64,000 nucleotides of DNA from an uncultured Rhodobacterales bacterium (GCA_964579325.1 CAZOHN010000001.1:66726-130725); one strand, 5' to 3'. Counted from the first letter of the stretch, positions 49,994 through 59,643 are shown. Notes: generated from the sequence alone by a model not told the origin. Numbers and translations are program-made.

Positions 49994-51378
49994 AGGCCTA
50001 GGTAGGCCGGCAGCGCTTCGAGAAGCGCCCGCGCGCCCTGCCCTACGCCGCCTTTCGGCCGACCCGGAGCTGCCTTCGGTTGCCAGCCGTAGATGTCGAA
50101 ATGGACGAAGGGAACGTCCGGCTCCACGAACCGGCGCAGGAACAGGGCGGCAGTGACCGATCCCGCCATACCCCCCGAGGGAGCATTGTCGAGATCTGCG
50201 ATCCCGGGTTCGAGCATTTCCTCGTAGGGTGTGTGGAATGGCATCCGCCAGAGCGGGTCGGCCACTGCCGCTGCCGCCCCGGAAATCGCCGATGCGAGAC
50301 GTTCGTCATCGGTGTAGAACGGCGGCACGTCCGGGCCGAGTGCCACCCGCGCCGCTCCGGTGAGCGTGGCCATTGAGACGAGGGCGGCCGGCCGCTCACC
50401 CTCGCAGGCCCAGGCCAACGCATCGGCGAGGATCAGGCGCCCCTCGGCGTCGGTGTTGTTCACCTCGACCGTCAGTCCCTTGCGCGAGGTCAGTATGTCT
50501 TGCGGTCGGAACGCGTTGCCCGATACGGCGTTCTCGACCACGGGCAGGATCACCCTGAGACGCAGCGGCAGCGCGAGCGAGCGGATCATCCGTGCGAGGC
50601 CAAGGACCGTCGCCGCGCCGCCCATGTCCTTCTTCATCAGGCCCATGCCCGCCGCAGGCTTGAGGTCGAGCCCGCCTGTGTCGAAGCACACGCCCTTGCC
50701 GACCAGCGTGACAAGGGGGCCGGCATCACCGTGACACAGCTCGATCAGTCGAGGCGCGCGCGGGGAAGCCCGCCCGACGGCATGGATCATCGGGAAGTTG
50801 CGCGACACGAGGTCGTCGCCGCGGACCACATGGGAGGAGAGGCCGAAATCGGTCGCGAAGGTGAGTGCCGCCGCCTCGAGTTCGTCCGGCCCCATATCGG
50901 ACGGCGGCATGTTGATGAGGTCGCGGGTCAAGGCCTCGCCAGCCGCGACCGCCTCAAGCCGAGACGCATCCACACCTTCCGGCACGGCAAGGCGCGCCTT
51001 CGGCGCCGATTGGACACGATAGCGATCGAACCGGTAGGCAGACAGAAGCCAACCGAGAGCAGCCTCCTCGCGCTCTCCCTGAGAGAGGACCCCGGCGATC
51101 CGCCATGTAGCATCCGGCAGTGTCTCGGCGGCCTTGGCAAGGTGGAACCGCCCGCGTGCGCGCGACGCGGCGTCGCCCCAGCCGAAAGCGGCGGCTTCCG
51201 GGCGACCATCGTTGCCGGGCAGCACGACAACGCTTCCAAGGCGACCCGAAAACGATTGAGCCTCAGCCCAGGCGCGATGCCCTCCGGGCAGGGCGGCCAG
51301 CCACGCGGCGCAGGAGTCCGTCGGAACGACATGGAGCGGAAGCGACGGCGAGTCTGCAGGGGCGAGGGTCAGGAGCAT
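49990..51378 (-). CDS. M17 leucyl aminopeptidase family protein
   Basis: VGKGVCFDTGGLDLKP and NTDAEGRLILADAL motifs. ATG at 51378. Confidence 0.85.
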   Translation of the reverse strand: MLLTLAPADSPSLPLHVVPTDSCAAWLAALPGGHRAWAEAQSFSGRLGSVVVLPGNDGRPEAAAFGWGDAASRARGRFHLAKAAETLPDATWRIAGVLSQGEREEAALGWLLSAYRFDRYRVQSAPKARLAVPEGVDASRLEAVAAGEALTRDLINMPPSDMGPDELEAAALTFATDFGLSSHVVRGDDLVSRNFPMIHAVGRASPRAPRLIELCHGDAGPLVTLVGKGVCFDTGGLDLKPAAGMGLMKKDMGGAATVLGLARMIRSLALPLRLRVILPVVENAVSGNAFRPQDILTSRKGLTVEVNNTDAEGRLILADALAWACEGERPAALVSMATLTGAARVALGPDVPPFYTDDERLASAISGAAAAVADPLWRMPFHTPYEEMLEPGIADLDNAPSGGMAGSVTAALFLRRFVEPDVPFVHFDIYGWQPKAAPGRPKGGVGQGARALLEALPAYLGL

Positions 51379-51587
51379 CTGGTGGCCTTCATCGGCTGTC
51401 CGTCTGGCGCGGCCCAGCCACCCTAGCGGCTCTGCAACCGCCCGCAAGGGGAGTGCGTCAGGGGCGTTCAGCAGCTCCCGGAAACCCTCAAAAAGGCAGC
51501 GAATTTACCCTATGCGACGGGACATGGCCAGCGTATCATTCCCCAACGGCAAGGCGCAATGCGACCTCGCCGTCAATGGAGGGCAAT

Positions 51588-51791
51588 GTGAAGACGTTCA
51601 TGCTTTCAGCGGCCGCGGTGGTCGCACTGGCGAATCCGGCGCTCGCTGGCGGTTTGGGTGAAGCGATCATGGAACCCGAGGTCGTCGCCGAGGCGGCATC
51701 CTCGTCGAACGGCGGCATCCTCGTGCCGATCCTCGCGCTGATCCTGCTGGCTCTCGTGCTGTCCGACGGCGGCAACGGCAACCCGGTCTGA
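51588..51791 (+). CDS. Small protein with signal peptide and C-terminal TM segment
   Basis: (M)KTFMLSAAAVVALANPALAGG...GGILVPILALILLALVL. GTG at 51588 follows GGAGGG; an in-frame ATG at 51576 is the alternative. Confidence 0.45.
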   Translation: MKTFMLSAAAVVALANPALAGGLGEAIMEPEVVAEAASSSNGGILVPILALILLALVLSDGGNGNPV

Positions 51792-51831
51792 AGTCGTTCC
51801 GTCGCGGTTCCGGGCGCGGCGGGATCGGCCG

Positions 51832-52209
51832 TCAGCCAGACAGATCGTGTGAGTCCCAGACGGCGGTCAGGGAGCGTTCCGCTGTTCTCACCAGCCGCGC
51901 AAGTGTTGCGGCGGTGGCCGGCACGTCGCAGCGTTCCGCGCAGTGGGTTACATCTGCCGCAACATGTGCCAATAGCGTCATGCCGACCTGCTCGGCGATG
52001 GCGACCAGACTACGTGCCCCTTTCGCCAGGGCGGCCCAGTCGCCTGCGGCCTGAGACCGGTCGAGCATGGCTATCCGCATCGCGAGTTCTTCCATGGCCC
52101 GGCAGATCACCTCTTCCGCTGCCGGTTCACCCAGTTGCGCATAGAGGTCCGCCAGGCAGCGGCGCTCGAGCCGGACCACCTCGACAAGTCTCAACCGCGT
52201 CGGCTGCAT
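51832..52209 (-). CDS. Hypothetical four-helix protein (Hpt-like shape, no obvious phospho-His)
   Basis: ATG at 52209, 125 aa. The segment WAALAKGARSLVAIAEQVGM resembles the HxxKG Hpt helix but has L in place of H. Confidence 0.35.
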   Translation of the reverse strand: MQPTRLRLVEVVRLERRCLADLYAQLGEPAAEEVICRAMEELAMRIAMLDRSQAAGDWAALAKGARSLVAIAEQVGMTLLAHVAADVTHCAERCDVPATAATLARLVRTAERSLTAVWDSHDLSG

Positions 52210-52352
52210 CGTACCCTCATCACAAACCACAGGCCCCCGCCTTGGACGAAACTTCTGCAGCCCTCTCGTCAAGAAATGGTTGAGCCGCCGCGATTTGCTG
52301 TCTCGAATTTTGCGAGAATGCTCCATAGGAAGGCGGCAAGGAGACCGTGAAG

Positions 52353-53003
52353 ATGGATCATGCCCGACCGCTGCCTGCCTACCTCGTCAGCCGCTACATG
52401 GGCTGGAAAGCGACGACCTACGAGCAGAACAAGGGCTGGTATCGCCGCCTCGCCGAAGATGGCCAGCGCCCGCGGGTAATGGCCATCGCCTGCTGCGACA
52501 GCCGGGTCCATATCGCGGCAACGTTCGGAGCCGACACCGGCGAAATCTTCATCCATCGCAACGTGGCCAACCTCGTCCCGCCCTACTCGCCGGACGGCGA
52601 CCACCATGGGACCTCGGCGGCGGTCGAGTACGCGGTCCGGCACCTCCGCGTGGCGCACCTCATCATCCTCGGGCACTCGAACTGCGGCGGCGTTAACGCC
52701 TGCCACGACATGTGCGCAGGGAGCGCCCCCCATCTCGACGAGACAGAAAGCTTCATCGGCCGCTGGATGGATATCCTGCGTCCGGGCTATTCACGGGTCG
52801 AAGGCATGGCGGATGAAGGCGAGCGACGCCGCGCGCTCGAGAGGCAGGCCGTGGTGGTCAGCCTCGAGAACCTGATGACCTTCCCGTTCGTCGCGGCCGC
52901 CGTCGCCGCCGACGATCTCCAGATCCACGGGCTCTGGCACGACATCGGCGCGGGACAACTCGACCAGTATCTCGGCTCCGATCTCGGCTTCCAGCCGCTC
53001 TGA
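52353..53003 (+). CDS. Beta-class carbonic anhydrase
   Basis: Zinc ligands in IACCDSRV and LGHSNCGGV. ATG lies 8 nt after AAGGAGA. Confidence 0.88.
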   Translation: MDHARPLPAYLVSRYMGWKATTYEQNKGWYRRLAEDGQRPRVMAIACCDSRVHIAATFGADTGEIFIHRNVANLVPPYSPDGDHHGTSAAVEYAVRHLRVAHLIILGHSNCGGVNACHDMCAGSAPHLDETESFIGRWMDILRPGYSRVEGMADEGERRRALERQAVVVSLENLMTFPFVAAAVAADDLQIHGLWHDIGAGQLDQYLGSDLGFQPL

Positions 53004-53060
53004 GCCTTCAAAGCCTGCAGCGGGCACCCTACTTCAACCGCAGAAGACCTGGGGGGACGG

Positions 53061-54041
53061 ATGGACGGCATCCTTTCACTTGCGGCCGACAATCTCCTGT
53101 CGCCCATCATCCTGTCGTTCGCCCTGGGTCTCGCGGCGGCCCTTGCGCGATCGGACCTGACAATACCCGAAGCGGTTGCCAAGGGGATGTCGATCTACTT
53201 GCTGTTCGCAATTGGGTTCAAGGGTGGGGTCAGCGTCGCGCGGCATGGCGTCGATGCGACCCTGATCGGCGCAATCGGTGCCGGCGTGGTCCTGTCCTTC
53301 GCGATCCCCTTCGTTGCCTTTGCGCTTCTGCGTGGGATGACGCGCCTCTCGGTGACCGACGCCGCTGCGGTATCTGCGCACTACGGTTCGATCTCGATCG
53401 TCACCTTCGTGGCCGCAACCTCGGTTCTCACCGGTGCAGGGCTCGTCGCCGAAGGATTCATGGTCGCCGTCGCTGCGGCAATGGAGGCACCGGCGATCCT
53501 CTCTGCGCTCTGGATCGCAGCCCGCTTCGGCGCCGCCCGCGAGGCCGACGGGGACCTCTGGCGCGAGATCCTTCTCAACGGGTCCATCGTCCTGCTCGTG
53601 GGAGCGTTTCTGATCGGCATTGTGACCGGTGAAGAGGGCTTCGACCGGATCTCCGCCTTCATTGACGCCCCGTTTCAGGGTGTGCTCTGCCTGTTCCTGC
53701 TCGACATGGGGCTGGTTGCTGGCCGAGGATTGCGCAACAGCCGTGGCGCGCTGGGTGTCGGAGCGGTCGCCTTCGGGGTTCTCATGCCGCTGGTCGGAGG
53801 GTCGATGGGCCTCGCCGCGGCTTCCCTTCTGGGCCTCTCGACGGGCGGTACCATGCTGATGGCGGCGCTCGCAGCCTCGGCGTCCTACATCGCGGTTCCT
53901 GCAGCCATGCGGGTGGCGCTGCCTGAAGCGAACCCGTCGGTCTACCTCACGCTCTCGCTTGGCGTGACCTTTCCCTTTAACCTGACCCTTGGCCTGCCGC
54001 TCTACCTCGTGGCGGCGACCTGGGCGACCGGAGGCGGCTGA
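53061..54041 (+). CDS. SbtA-like sodium-dependent bicarbonate transport family permease
   Basis: 326 aa polytopic membrane protein (SPIILSFALGLAAALARSDLTIPEA...). It is paired with a PII-like gene through a TGATG overlap. Confidence 0.65.
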   Translation: MDGILSLAADNLLSPIILSFALGLAAALARSDLTIPEAVAKGMSIYLLFAIGFKGGVSVARHGVDATLIGAIGAGVVLSFAIPFVAFALLRGMTRLSVTDAAAVSAHYGSISIVTFVAATSVLTGAGLVAEGFMVAVAAAMEAPAILSALWIAARFGAAREADGDLWREILLNGSIVLLVGAFLIGIVTGEEGFDRISAFIDAPFQGVLCLFLLDMGLVAGRGLRNSRGALGVGAVAFGVLMPLVGGSMGLAAASLLGLSTGGTMLMAALAASASYIAVPAAMRVALPEANPSVYLTLSLGVTFPFNLTLGLPLYLVAATWATGGG

Positions 54042-54349
54042 TGGAGATGCACAAGGCCAAGCGTGTCGAGATCATCATCGAGTCGCCGATGGAGCGACGC
54101 CTGACCGAAGCGCTGATGCGGGCCGAGGTGACGGGATTCACGGTGCTGCCCGTGCTGGGCGGTTCGGGCCGGTCGGGCCAGTGGACCCGCGAGGGGCAGG
54201 TCGGCCGAACGGGCATGGTGGCGGTGATCTGCATCGTCCGACCCGAGAGGGTGAGTGGCCTCCTTGAGGCCGCCTTCGGGGTGGTCGAGCGCCACATCGG
54301 CGTGGTCAGCGTGACCGATTGCGAAGTGCTGCGGGCCGAGCGGTTCTGA
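54041..54349 (+). CDS. PII-like small regulatory protein (SbtB-like)
   Basis: 102 aa with a beta-alpha-beta pattern (KRVEIIIESPMERRLTEALMRAEVTGFTVLPVLGGSG). Confidence 0.65.
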   Translation: MEMHKAKRVEIIIESPMERRLTEALMRAEVTGFTVLPVLGGSGRSGQWTREGQVGRTGMVAVICIVRPERVSGLLEAAFGVVERHIGVVSVTDCEVLRAERF

Positions 54350-54397
54350 GCGCGGATCGCAACCGTTCGTTAAGCTGGAATCGGCGAAGCTTGTGCG

Positions 54398-54847
54398 ATG
54401 ACAAGCGAGCGCTTCATCACCTTGCAGATCCCCGAAGCGCTCTACTGCGCGGCCCTCCGCACAGCTTGCAAGGAATCTCTTACCCCGGCGGAGCTGGTGC
54501 GTGACGCTTTGGCGCAACGGGTCGCCAATCAGGGCCGGCTCGATCGGGCCGTGGAAAACATGAGGACTTCGCTCTCGCACGAGTTCGAGACCGCCTCGGA
54601 CTGGCTCGACCTTCAGCGGCGGCTGCGCGCCCAGGACTGTGTCATCCGGCGTCACACAGGTGAGCTTTGGCTTTGCAGCTGGCCCTGGGAGCGGCGTCTC
54701 GTCCGGCTTGAGCGGTTGGGCTCCCCCGAAGCCGAGCTTGCGCTTCGGTTCCACGCGCGGTTTCCGGCACACGGAACCGAGCCGGTCAAGGTAGGGCACC
54801 GTATCGCGCGCCCCGGCTTCCTGCGTTGGCGGCGAAAGCTGGCGTGA
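54398..54847 (+). CDS. Hypothetical protein with RHH-like N-terminus
   Basis: 149 aa (ITLQIPEALYCAALRTACKESLTPAELVRDALAQRV). Confidence 0.4.
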   Translation: MTSERFITLQIPEALYCAALRTACKESLTPAELVRDALAQRVANQGRLDRAVENMRTSLSHEFETASDWLDLQRRLRAQDCVIRRHTGELWLCSWPWERRLVRLERLGSPEAELALRFHARFPAHGTEPVKVGHRIARPGFLRWRRKLA

Positions 54848-54862
54848 CGGCCCCCGCGAACC

Positions 54863-55885
54863 TCAACCCTTCTTGAGGCAGCGGTTTCCGAGCACTTCGG
54901 CAATCTGCACAGCGTTCAGCGCGGCGCCCTTGCGCAGGTTGTCAGACACTACCCACAAGTTGAGTCCATTCTCGACAGTCGAATCCTGGCGGATGCGGCT
55001 CACGTAGGTGGCGTAGTCACCGACGCACTCGACCGGGGTGATGTATCCCCCCGGCTCGCGCTTGTCGATGACGAGCACGCCGGGCGCTTCGCGCAGGATG
55101 TCGCGCGCCTCGTCCTCGTCGAGAAATTCCTCGAACTCGACGTTCACCGCCTCGGAATGGCCTACGAACACCGGAACGCGGACGCAGGTCGCCGTGACCT
55201 TTACCTTCGGGTCGAGGATCTTCTTGGTCTCCGCGACCATCTTCCATTCCTCCTTCGTCTCGCCGCTGTCGAGGAAGACGTCGATGTGCGGGATGACGTT
55301 GAAGGCGATCTGTTTGGTGAACTTCTTTGGCGCGACCTCCTGGCCGGGGACGTACATCCCCTTGGTCTGGTCCCAGAGCTCGTCAATACCTTCCTTGCCG
55401 GCGCCGGACACCGACTGGTAGGTCGCCACCACGACACGCTTGATCCGCGCCCGGTCGTGCAGCGGCTTGAGCGCCACGACCATCTGCGCAGTCGAGCAGT
55501 TCGGGTTGGCGATGATCATCTTGGTGCGGTAGCCCTCGATCGCGTCGGCGTTTACCTCGGGCACGATCAGCGGCACCGCCGGGTCGTAGCGGTAGAGCGA
55601 CGAGTTGTCGATCACCACGCAACCTGCCGCCGCGGCCTTGGGCGCGTAGGTCTTGGTGGCCTCCGAGCCAACGGCGAACAGAGCGATGTCCCAGCCTCCG
55701 AAATCGAAGGTGTCGAGGTCCCTTGTCTTGAGCGTCCGGTCGCCGAAGCTGACTTCCGTGCCGAGTGACTTGCGCGAGGCAAGCGCGGCGATCTCGTCGA
55801 CCGGGAATTCCCGTTCGGCGAGGATGTTCAGCATTTCGCGGCCCACGTTGCCGGTGGCGCCCGCGACGACGACTCGATAGCCCAT
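54863..55885 (-). CDS. asd: Aspartate-semialdehyde dehydrogenase
   Basis: ATG at 55885 follows AAGGAGG. MGYRVVVAGATGNVGREML and the active-site region IANPNCSTAQMV. Confidence 0.92.
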   Translation of the reverse strand: MGYRVVVAGATGNVGREMLNILAEREFPVDEIAALASRKSLGTEVSFGDRTLKTRDLDTFDFGGWDIALFAVGSEATKTYAPKAAAAGCVVIDNSSLYRYDPAVPLIVPEVNADAIEGYRTKMIIANPNCSTAQMVVALKPLHDRARIKRVVVATYQSVSGAGKEGIDELWDQTKGMYVPGQEVAPKKFTKQIAFNVIPHIDVFLDSGETKEEWKMVAETKKILDPKVKVTATCVRVPVFVGHSEAVNVEFEEFLDEDEARDILREAPGVLVIDKREPGGYITPVECVGDYATYVSRIRQDSTVENGLNLWVVSDNLRKGAALNAVQIAEVLGNRCLKKG

Positions 55886-55979
55886 TGATGCCTCCTTGGT
55901 CGGCAGGTCGCGGCCCATTAGCGCAGGACCGGGTCCGAGGGAAGGGCCGCCCCGTGCGAGATGCCCGACCGTTGCAGGC

Positions 55980-57482
55980 TCACTCGACCGGCGGCGCCCC
56001 CCCGGCCTTCGTCCGCGCCTCGACAAAGGCGGCCAGCCGGTCGGCCGCCGCCTCGGACCACGCCGGGCGCGGTGTCTCGGCGAGGCGTCTCTGCCAGGCG
56101 GCAGTCGCCCGTTCTTCGGCCGTCAGTGCGCCGGTTTCCACCCACTGGCCGTGATTTGTGAGGTCGGCCACGAGCGGCTCGCGGAAGGCCGTGGCGTATC
56201 GCATCATCGTATGGGCGGCGGCGAAGAAATGCCCGCCCGGCGGCACTTCGGCCAATGCATCGGTGGCGGTGTCAAACTCCGGTGCGGAGCAGAGCTCGGC
56301 CAGCATCTCCACCGCCTCCATATCGGCCACGAACTTTTCGTAGCCGAAGGTGAGGCCGCCTTCGAGCCAGCCAGCCGAATGGACGACTAGCGTTGCCCCT
56401 GACAGGAGTCCGCCCCACAGCCCCATCAGGTTCTCGGTTGCGCCCTGGTGGTCGGCCGCATTTCCGGCTGAACCGGCGGCCGAGCGCCAGGGGAGGCCGA
56501 TGTGACGCGCCAGTTGCCCCGATCCGAGCTGCATCTGGACATGCGCGGGCGTCCCGAATGCCGGTGCCCCTGACTTCATGTCGACGTTCGACCCGAAGCC
56601 GCCATAGCTCACCGGCGCGCCCGCGCGGGCGATCTGGGTGAGTGCGATGCAGGCCAGCGCCTCGGAATGCTGGAGTGTCAGGGCCCCGCCCACCGTCACC
56701 GGCGCCATCGCGCCCATCAGGCAGAAGGGGGTCACGATGCTCGCCTGCCCCGCGCGGGCGAAGTCGATCAGCCCCTGCGCCATCGGGTTGTCGAGAAGGC
56801 GCGGCGAGTTCGTGTTGATGACTGTCGTGCACCAGACGCCAGTGTCCCAGTCGCTATCTGAGAGGTCGAGCCCGAGACGGATCATCTCGAAGCTCTCCTG
56901 AACCTGCGCCCGGCCGCGCGCATAGACGAACATCGGCTTGTCGCCGAGGGTCATCTGCCCTCTCAGCATCGCGTAATGGCGAAGTGGCGCAGGCACATCC
57001 TGGGGCTCCACTGAAGGGCCATGCTTGTGGATCGCATCGAACGACTGCTGGAGGACAAGCGCCTCCTCGTAGTCCCGCAGGGAGCCCGGCCGCCGCCCGC
57101 GCGTGAGGTCCGACGCGTTCGGGCAGCCCGATCCCGGCGAGAACAGGACTGCGCCGGGAGCGTATTCACGCGCGCGGGCGGGGTTGGCGGCACAAAGGCG
57201 AAAGCGCTTCGGGGCCGTGGCGAGGCATCCCTCCACGATCTCGCGCCCGAGACGCACGATCATGTCGGTCTCGTCCACGCGTGCTCCGGCCGACCGGAAC
57301 AGCGCTCGGGCTTCGGGCAGGAGTACTTTCATTCCCAGGGTTTCAAGCGCATCCAGGGCCGCCTCGTGAATGGCGGCGACCTGATCGTCCGAGAACAGCC
57401 GTTGCGGCACGAACGGGTTCTTCAGTTGGACAAGGTCTATCTGGCGCGCCGCCCGGGGTGCTCCGCGGCGATTTCGGGTCAC
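55980..57482 (-). CDS. MttB-family (trimethylamine methyltransferase superfamily) protein, non-pyrrolysine
   Basis: About 500 aa, uninterrupted (LKNPFVPQRLFSDDQVAAIHEAALDALETLGMKV). GTG at 57482 forms a GTGA overlap with the upstream gene; GTG at 57494 is the alternative. Confidence 0.8.
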   Translation of the reverse strand: MTRNRRGAPRAARQIDLVQLKNPFVPQRLFSDDQVAAIHEAALDALETLGMKVLLPEARALFRSAGARVDETDMIVRLGREIVEGCLATAPKRFRLCAANPARAREYAPGAVLFSPGSGCPNASDLTRGRRPGSLRDYEEALVLQQSFDAIHKHGPSVEPQDVPAPLRHYAMLRGQMTLGDKPMFVYARGRAQVQESFEMIRLGLDLSDSDWDTGVWCTTVINTNSPRLLDNPMAQGLIDFARAGQASIVTPFCLMGAMAPVTVGGALTLQHSEALACIALTQIARAGAPVSYGGFGSNVDMKSGAPAFGTPAHVQMQLGSGQLARHIGLPWRSAAGSAGNAADHQGATENLMGLWGGLLSGATLVVHSAGWLEGGLTFGYEKFVADMEAVEMLAELCSAPEFDTATDALAEVPPGGHFFAAAHTMMRYATAFREPLVADLTNHGQWVETGALTAEERATAAWQRRLAETPRPAWSEAAADRLAAFVEARTKAGGAPPVE

Positions 57483-58732
57483 ACGTCCTCCCACGGGAAG
57501 GTGTCGATCCGCTCTGCCCCGGTCTCGGTGATGAGAACCTGGGTTTCGAGCTTGATCGATTCCGACCCCTTCTCGGCGACGAGGCTTTCGACGCAGACCA
57601 CCATGCCGGTTTCGAACGCGCCTGACATCGCCTGGTTGCTCCAGTCACAGTGGAGCGGCACCACTGGCCACTCGTCGGCCATGCCGACGCCGTGCACGGC
57701 GAGCGAGTAGCGGTACGGCAGGTGTCGCTCCGGGATGCGCCAGCTTTCCGCGTTGAACGCCTCGAACGTCAGGCCCGGCCGGAGCAACGCCAGGTTGTGC
57801 TCGATCTGGGCGAGGGCAGTGCGATAGAGCCGTCGCTGGTCGGCGTTCATGGGCGCGTAGCCGCAGACCCAGGACCGCGAGACATCGGTGCAGTAGCCGT
57901 AGGGACCGATCATGTCGGTGTCGAAGCTGATCATCTCGCCCGCGCGGCAGGGCCGTTCCGAACATTCCCGCATCCAGGGGTTGGTGTTCGGCCCGCTGGT
58001 CAAGAGCTTGGTCTCGAGCCACTCCCCGCCCGAGCGGGCGTTCTCGAAGTGCAGGTGGGCCCAGAGTTCGGCTTCGGTCACGCCCGGGACCGAGTGCTCG
58101 TAGATGCGCGCCATCCCTGCCTCGCAGACCCGCATCGTCCAGCGCATCAAGTCAATCTCGTCAGCCGACTTGATCGACCGCGCGATCTCGGTGATCGGGC
58201 CGGCGTCGGTCACCCGGATACCGCGGTCCGCGAGGGCGTTCACGCCCGGCGGGTCGAGCCGGTCGGCGGCGATCCGGGTGCCACCATGGCCGCGGAGAAT
58301 GTCAGCGATCTCGTCGGCCCAAACCTCGACCGCGGCTTCGGTCTTGTCGCCCTTCATCATGAACATCCAGGTGCGCGCCGGACGGATCTCGTCGATGCCC
58401 GGCAAGCCGGCGTTCAGGTGTTCGGCACCCTTGTACTCGAACAGGATCGCCGGTCCGCCATTGAGGATCAGCGCATAGCGGGTCGGATTGTGCGCGGCCC
58501 AGATCGACATGTTCGAACTGTCGAAGGCGTATCGTAGGTTGACTGGGTCATAGAGCAGCAGGCCCGCCACGTCGTGATGTCCCAGTTCCGACCGGAGCCG
58601 GCCCAGCCGATATGCGCGCGCGCGGTCCAGAACCTCAGGCAGAACGGGCGACTTCAGCGGCTTGTCGACGCCGTCCGCGTTCAGGTAGGCGCCCTTGCGG
58701 GCGTCCTTGAAGGGGCTGGGCATGTCCTTCAT
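57479..58732 (-). CDS. M24-family metallo-enzyme, creatinase/DddP-like
   Basis: 417 aa from the ATG at 58732. The segments LLLYDPVNLRYAFDSSNMSIWAAHNP, GGEWLETKLLTSGPNTNPWMRECSERPCRAGEMISFDTDMIGPYGYCTDVSRSW and HGVGMADEWP closely resemble my recollection of DMSP lyase DddP. The track ORF's N-terminal 311 codons are rejected. Confidence 0.7.
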   Translation of the reverse strand: MKDMPSPFKDARKGAYLNADGVDKPLKSPVLPEVLDRARAYRLGRLRSELGHHDVAGLLLYDPVNLRYAFDSSNMSIWAAHNPTRYALILNGGPAILFEYKGAEHLNAGLPGIDEIRPARTWMFMMKGDKTEAAVEVWADEIADILRGHGGTRIAADRLDPPGVNALADRGIRVTDAGPITEIARSIKSADEIDLMRWTMRVCEAGMARIYEHSVPGVTEAELWAHLHFENARSGGEWLETKLLTSGPNTNPWMRECSERPCRAGEMISFDTDMIGPYGYCTDVSRSWVCGYAPMNADQRRLYRTALAQIEHNLALLRPGLTFEAFNAESWRIPERHLPYRYSLAVHGVGMADEWPVVPLHCDWSNQAMSGAFETGMVVCVESLVAEKGSESIKLETQVLITETGAERIDTFPWEDV

Positions 58733-59643
58733 GACGAGTTCCCGTGTCTGAGGCCCGCAACATAACGGGCGGTGGCGCGGACATAGCCGCGTTCGGTCGT
58801 GCGCAGATGCGGCGCGGTCAGCGCGTGCAGGTCGGGCAGGCGATGGAAGGGCACCGCCGGGAAGGCATGGTGCTCTGCATGATATGGCATGTTCCAGGCG
58901 ATCCAGCGCACGACCTTGTTGGTGAATGTGGTGCGCGAGTTCTCGAACATGTCCGCCACGAAGGGGCAGCGGCCATGTTCTGCGAGGAGGTAGAGGCGCA
59001 GGAAAGGCTGTCCCAGCAATGCGGGCACGATCCAGACCCAGAGCAGGAGCTTCCACCCGAGGACTGCCGACCCAAGCGCCAGCATGACGTACAGCGCCAG
59101 CATCACGCGGGCCTCGCGCACGATCCGGCCCATCGCGGCCCCCGGCACGAAGGCATCGCGATTCTGTCCGAGCGCATTGGTCGTCAGAACCCTGAGCGCG
59201 CCCCACCAGAGCGGCAAACCGGAGAGGTGCGCGAGATACTGGCCCGGGGTCTCCGGTTTGGGCGAGGCAAGTTCCGGGTCGTGCCGCGGATTCTGCGTGT
59301 GCCGATGGTGGGCAAAGTGAAACAGCCGGAACCACTCGGGCGGCAGGACAAGAAGGAACCCGGTGGCACGGGCCAACGCGTCGTTCAGCCAGCCGGTTGC
59401 AAAGGCGGTACGGTGCGACGCCTCGTGCATCGCCGTGAACAGGAATACGATCAGGATACCCTGCGGAAGCAGGAGCGCCCACCACCCCGGCACTCCGGCG
59501 GCGATCAGACAACCGAGCAAGGCGACGGCGCCTCCGTGCGCGGCACTCCGGACGAGGCCCGGCCCGTCTCTGCGACGGACCAGTTCCCCACGAACTTCGG
59601 GGGACAGCGCACGCAGGAAGCGGTCGTGGTCGGGTGCGGTCAC
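58729..59643 (-). CDS. Membrane fatty-acid-desaturase-family di-iron enzyme
   Basis: His boxes HEASH, HFAHHRH and HAEHHAF, with hydrophobic segments. GTG start. Confidence 0.8.
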   Translation of the reverse strand: MTAPDHDRFLRALSPEVRGELVRRRDGPGLVRSAAHGGAVALLGCLIAAGVPGWWALLLPQGILIVFLFTAMHEASHRTAFATGWLNDALARATGFLLVLPPEWFRLFHFAHHRHTQNPRHDPELASPKPETPGQYLAHLSGLPLWWGALRVLTTNALGQNRDAFVPGAAMGRIVREARVMLALYVMLALGSAVLGWKLLLWVWIVPALLGQPFLRLYLLAEHGRCPFVADMFENSRTTFTNKVVRWIAWNMPYHAEHHAFPAVPFHRLPDLHALTAPHLRTTERGYVRATARYVAGLRHGNSS

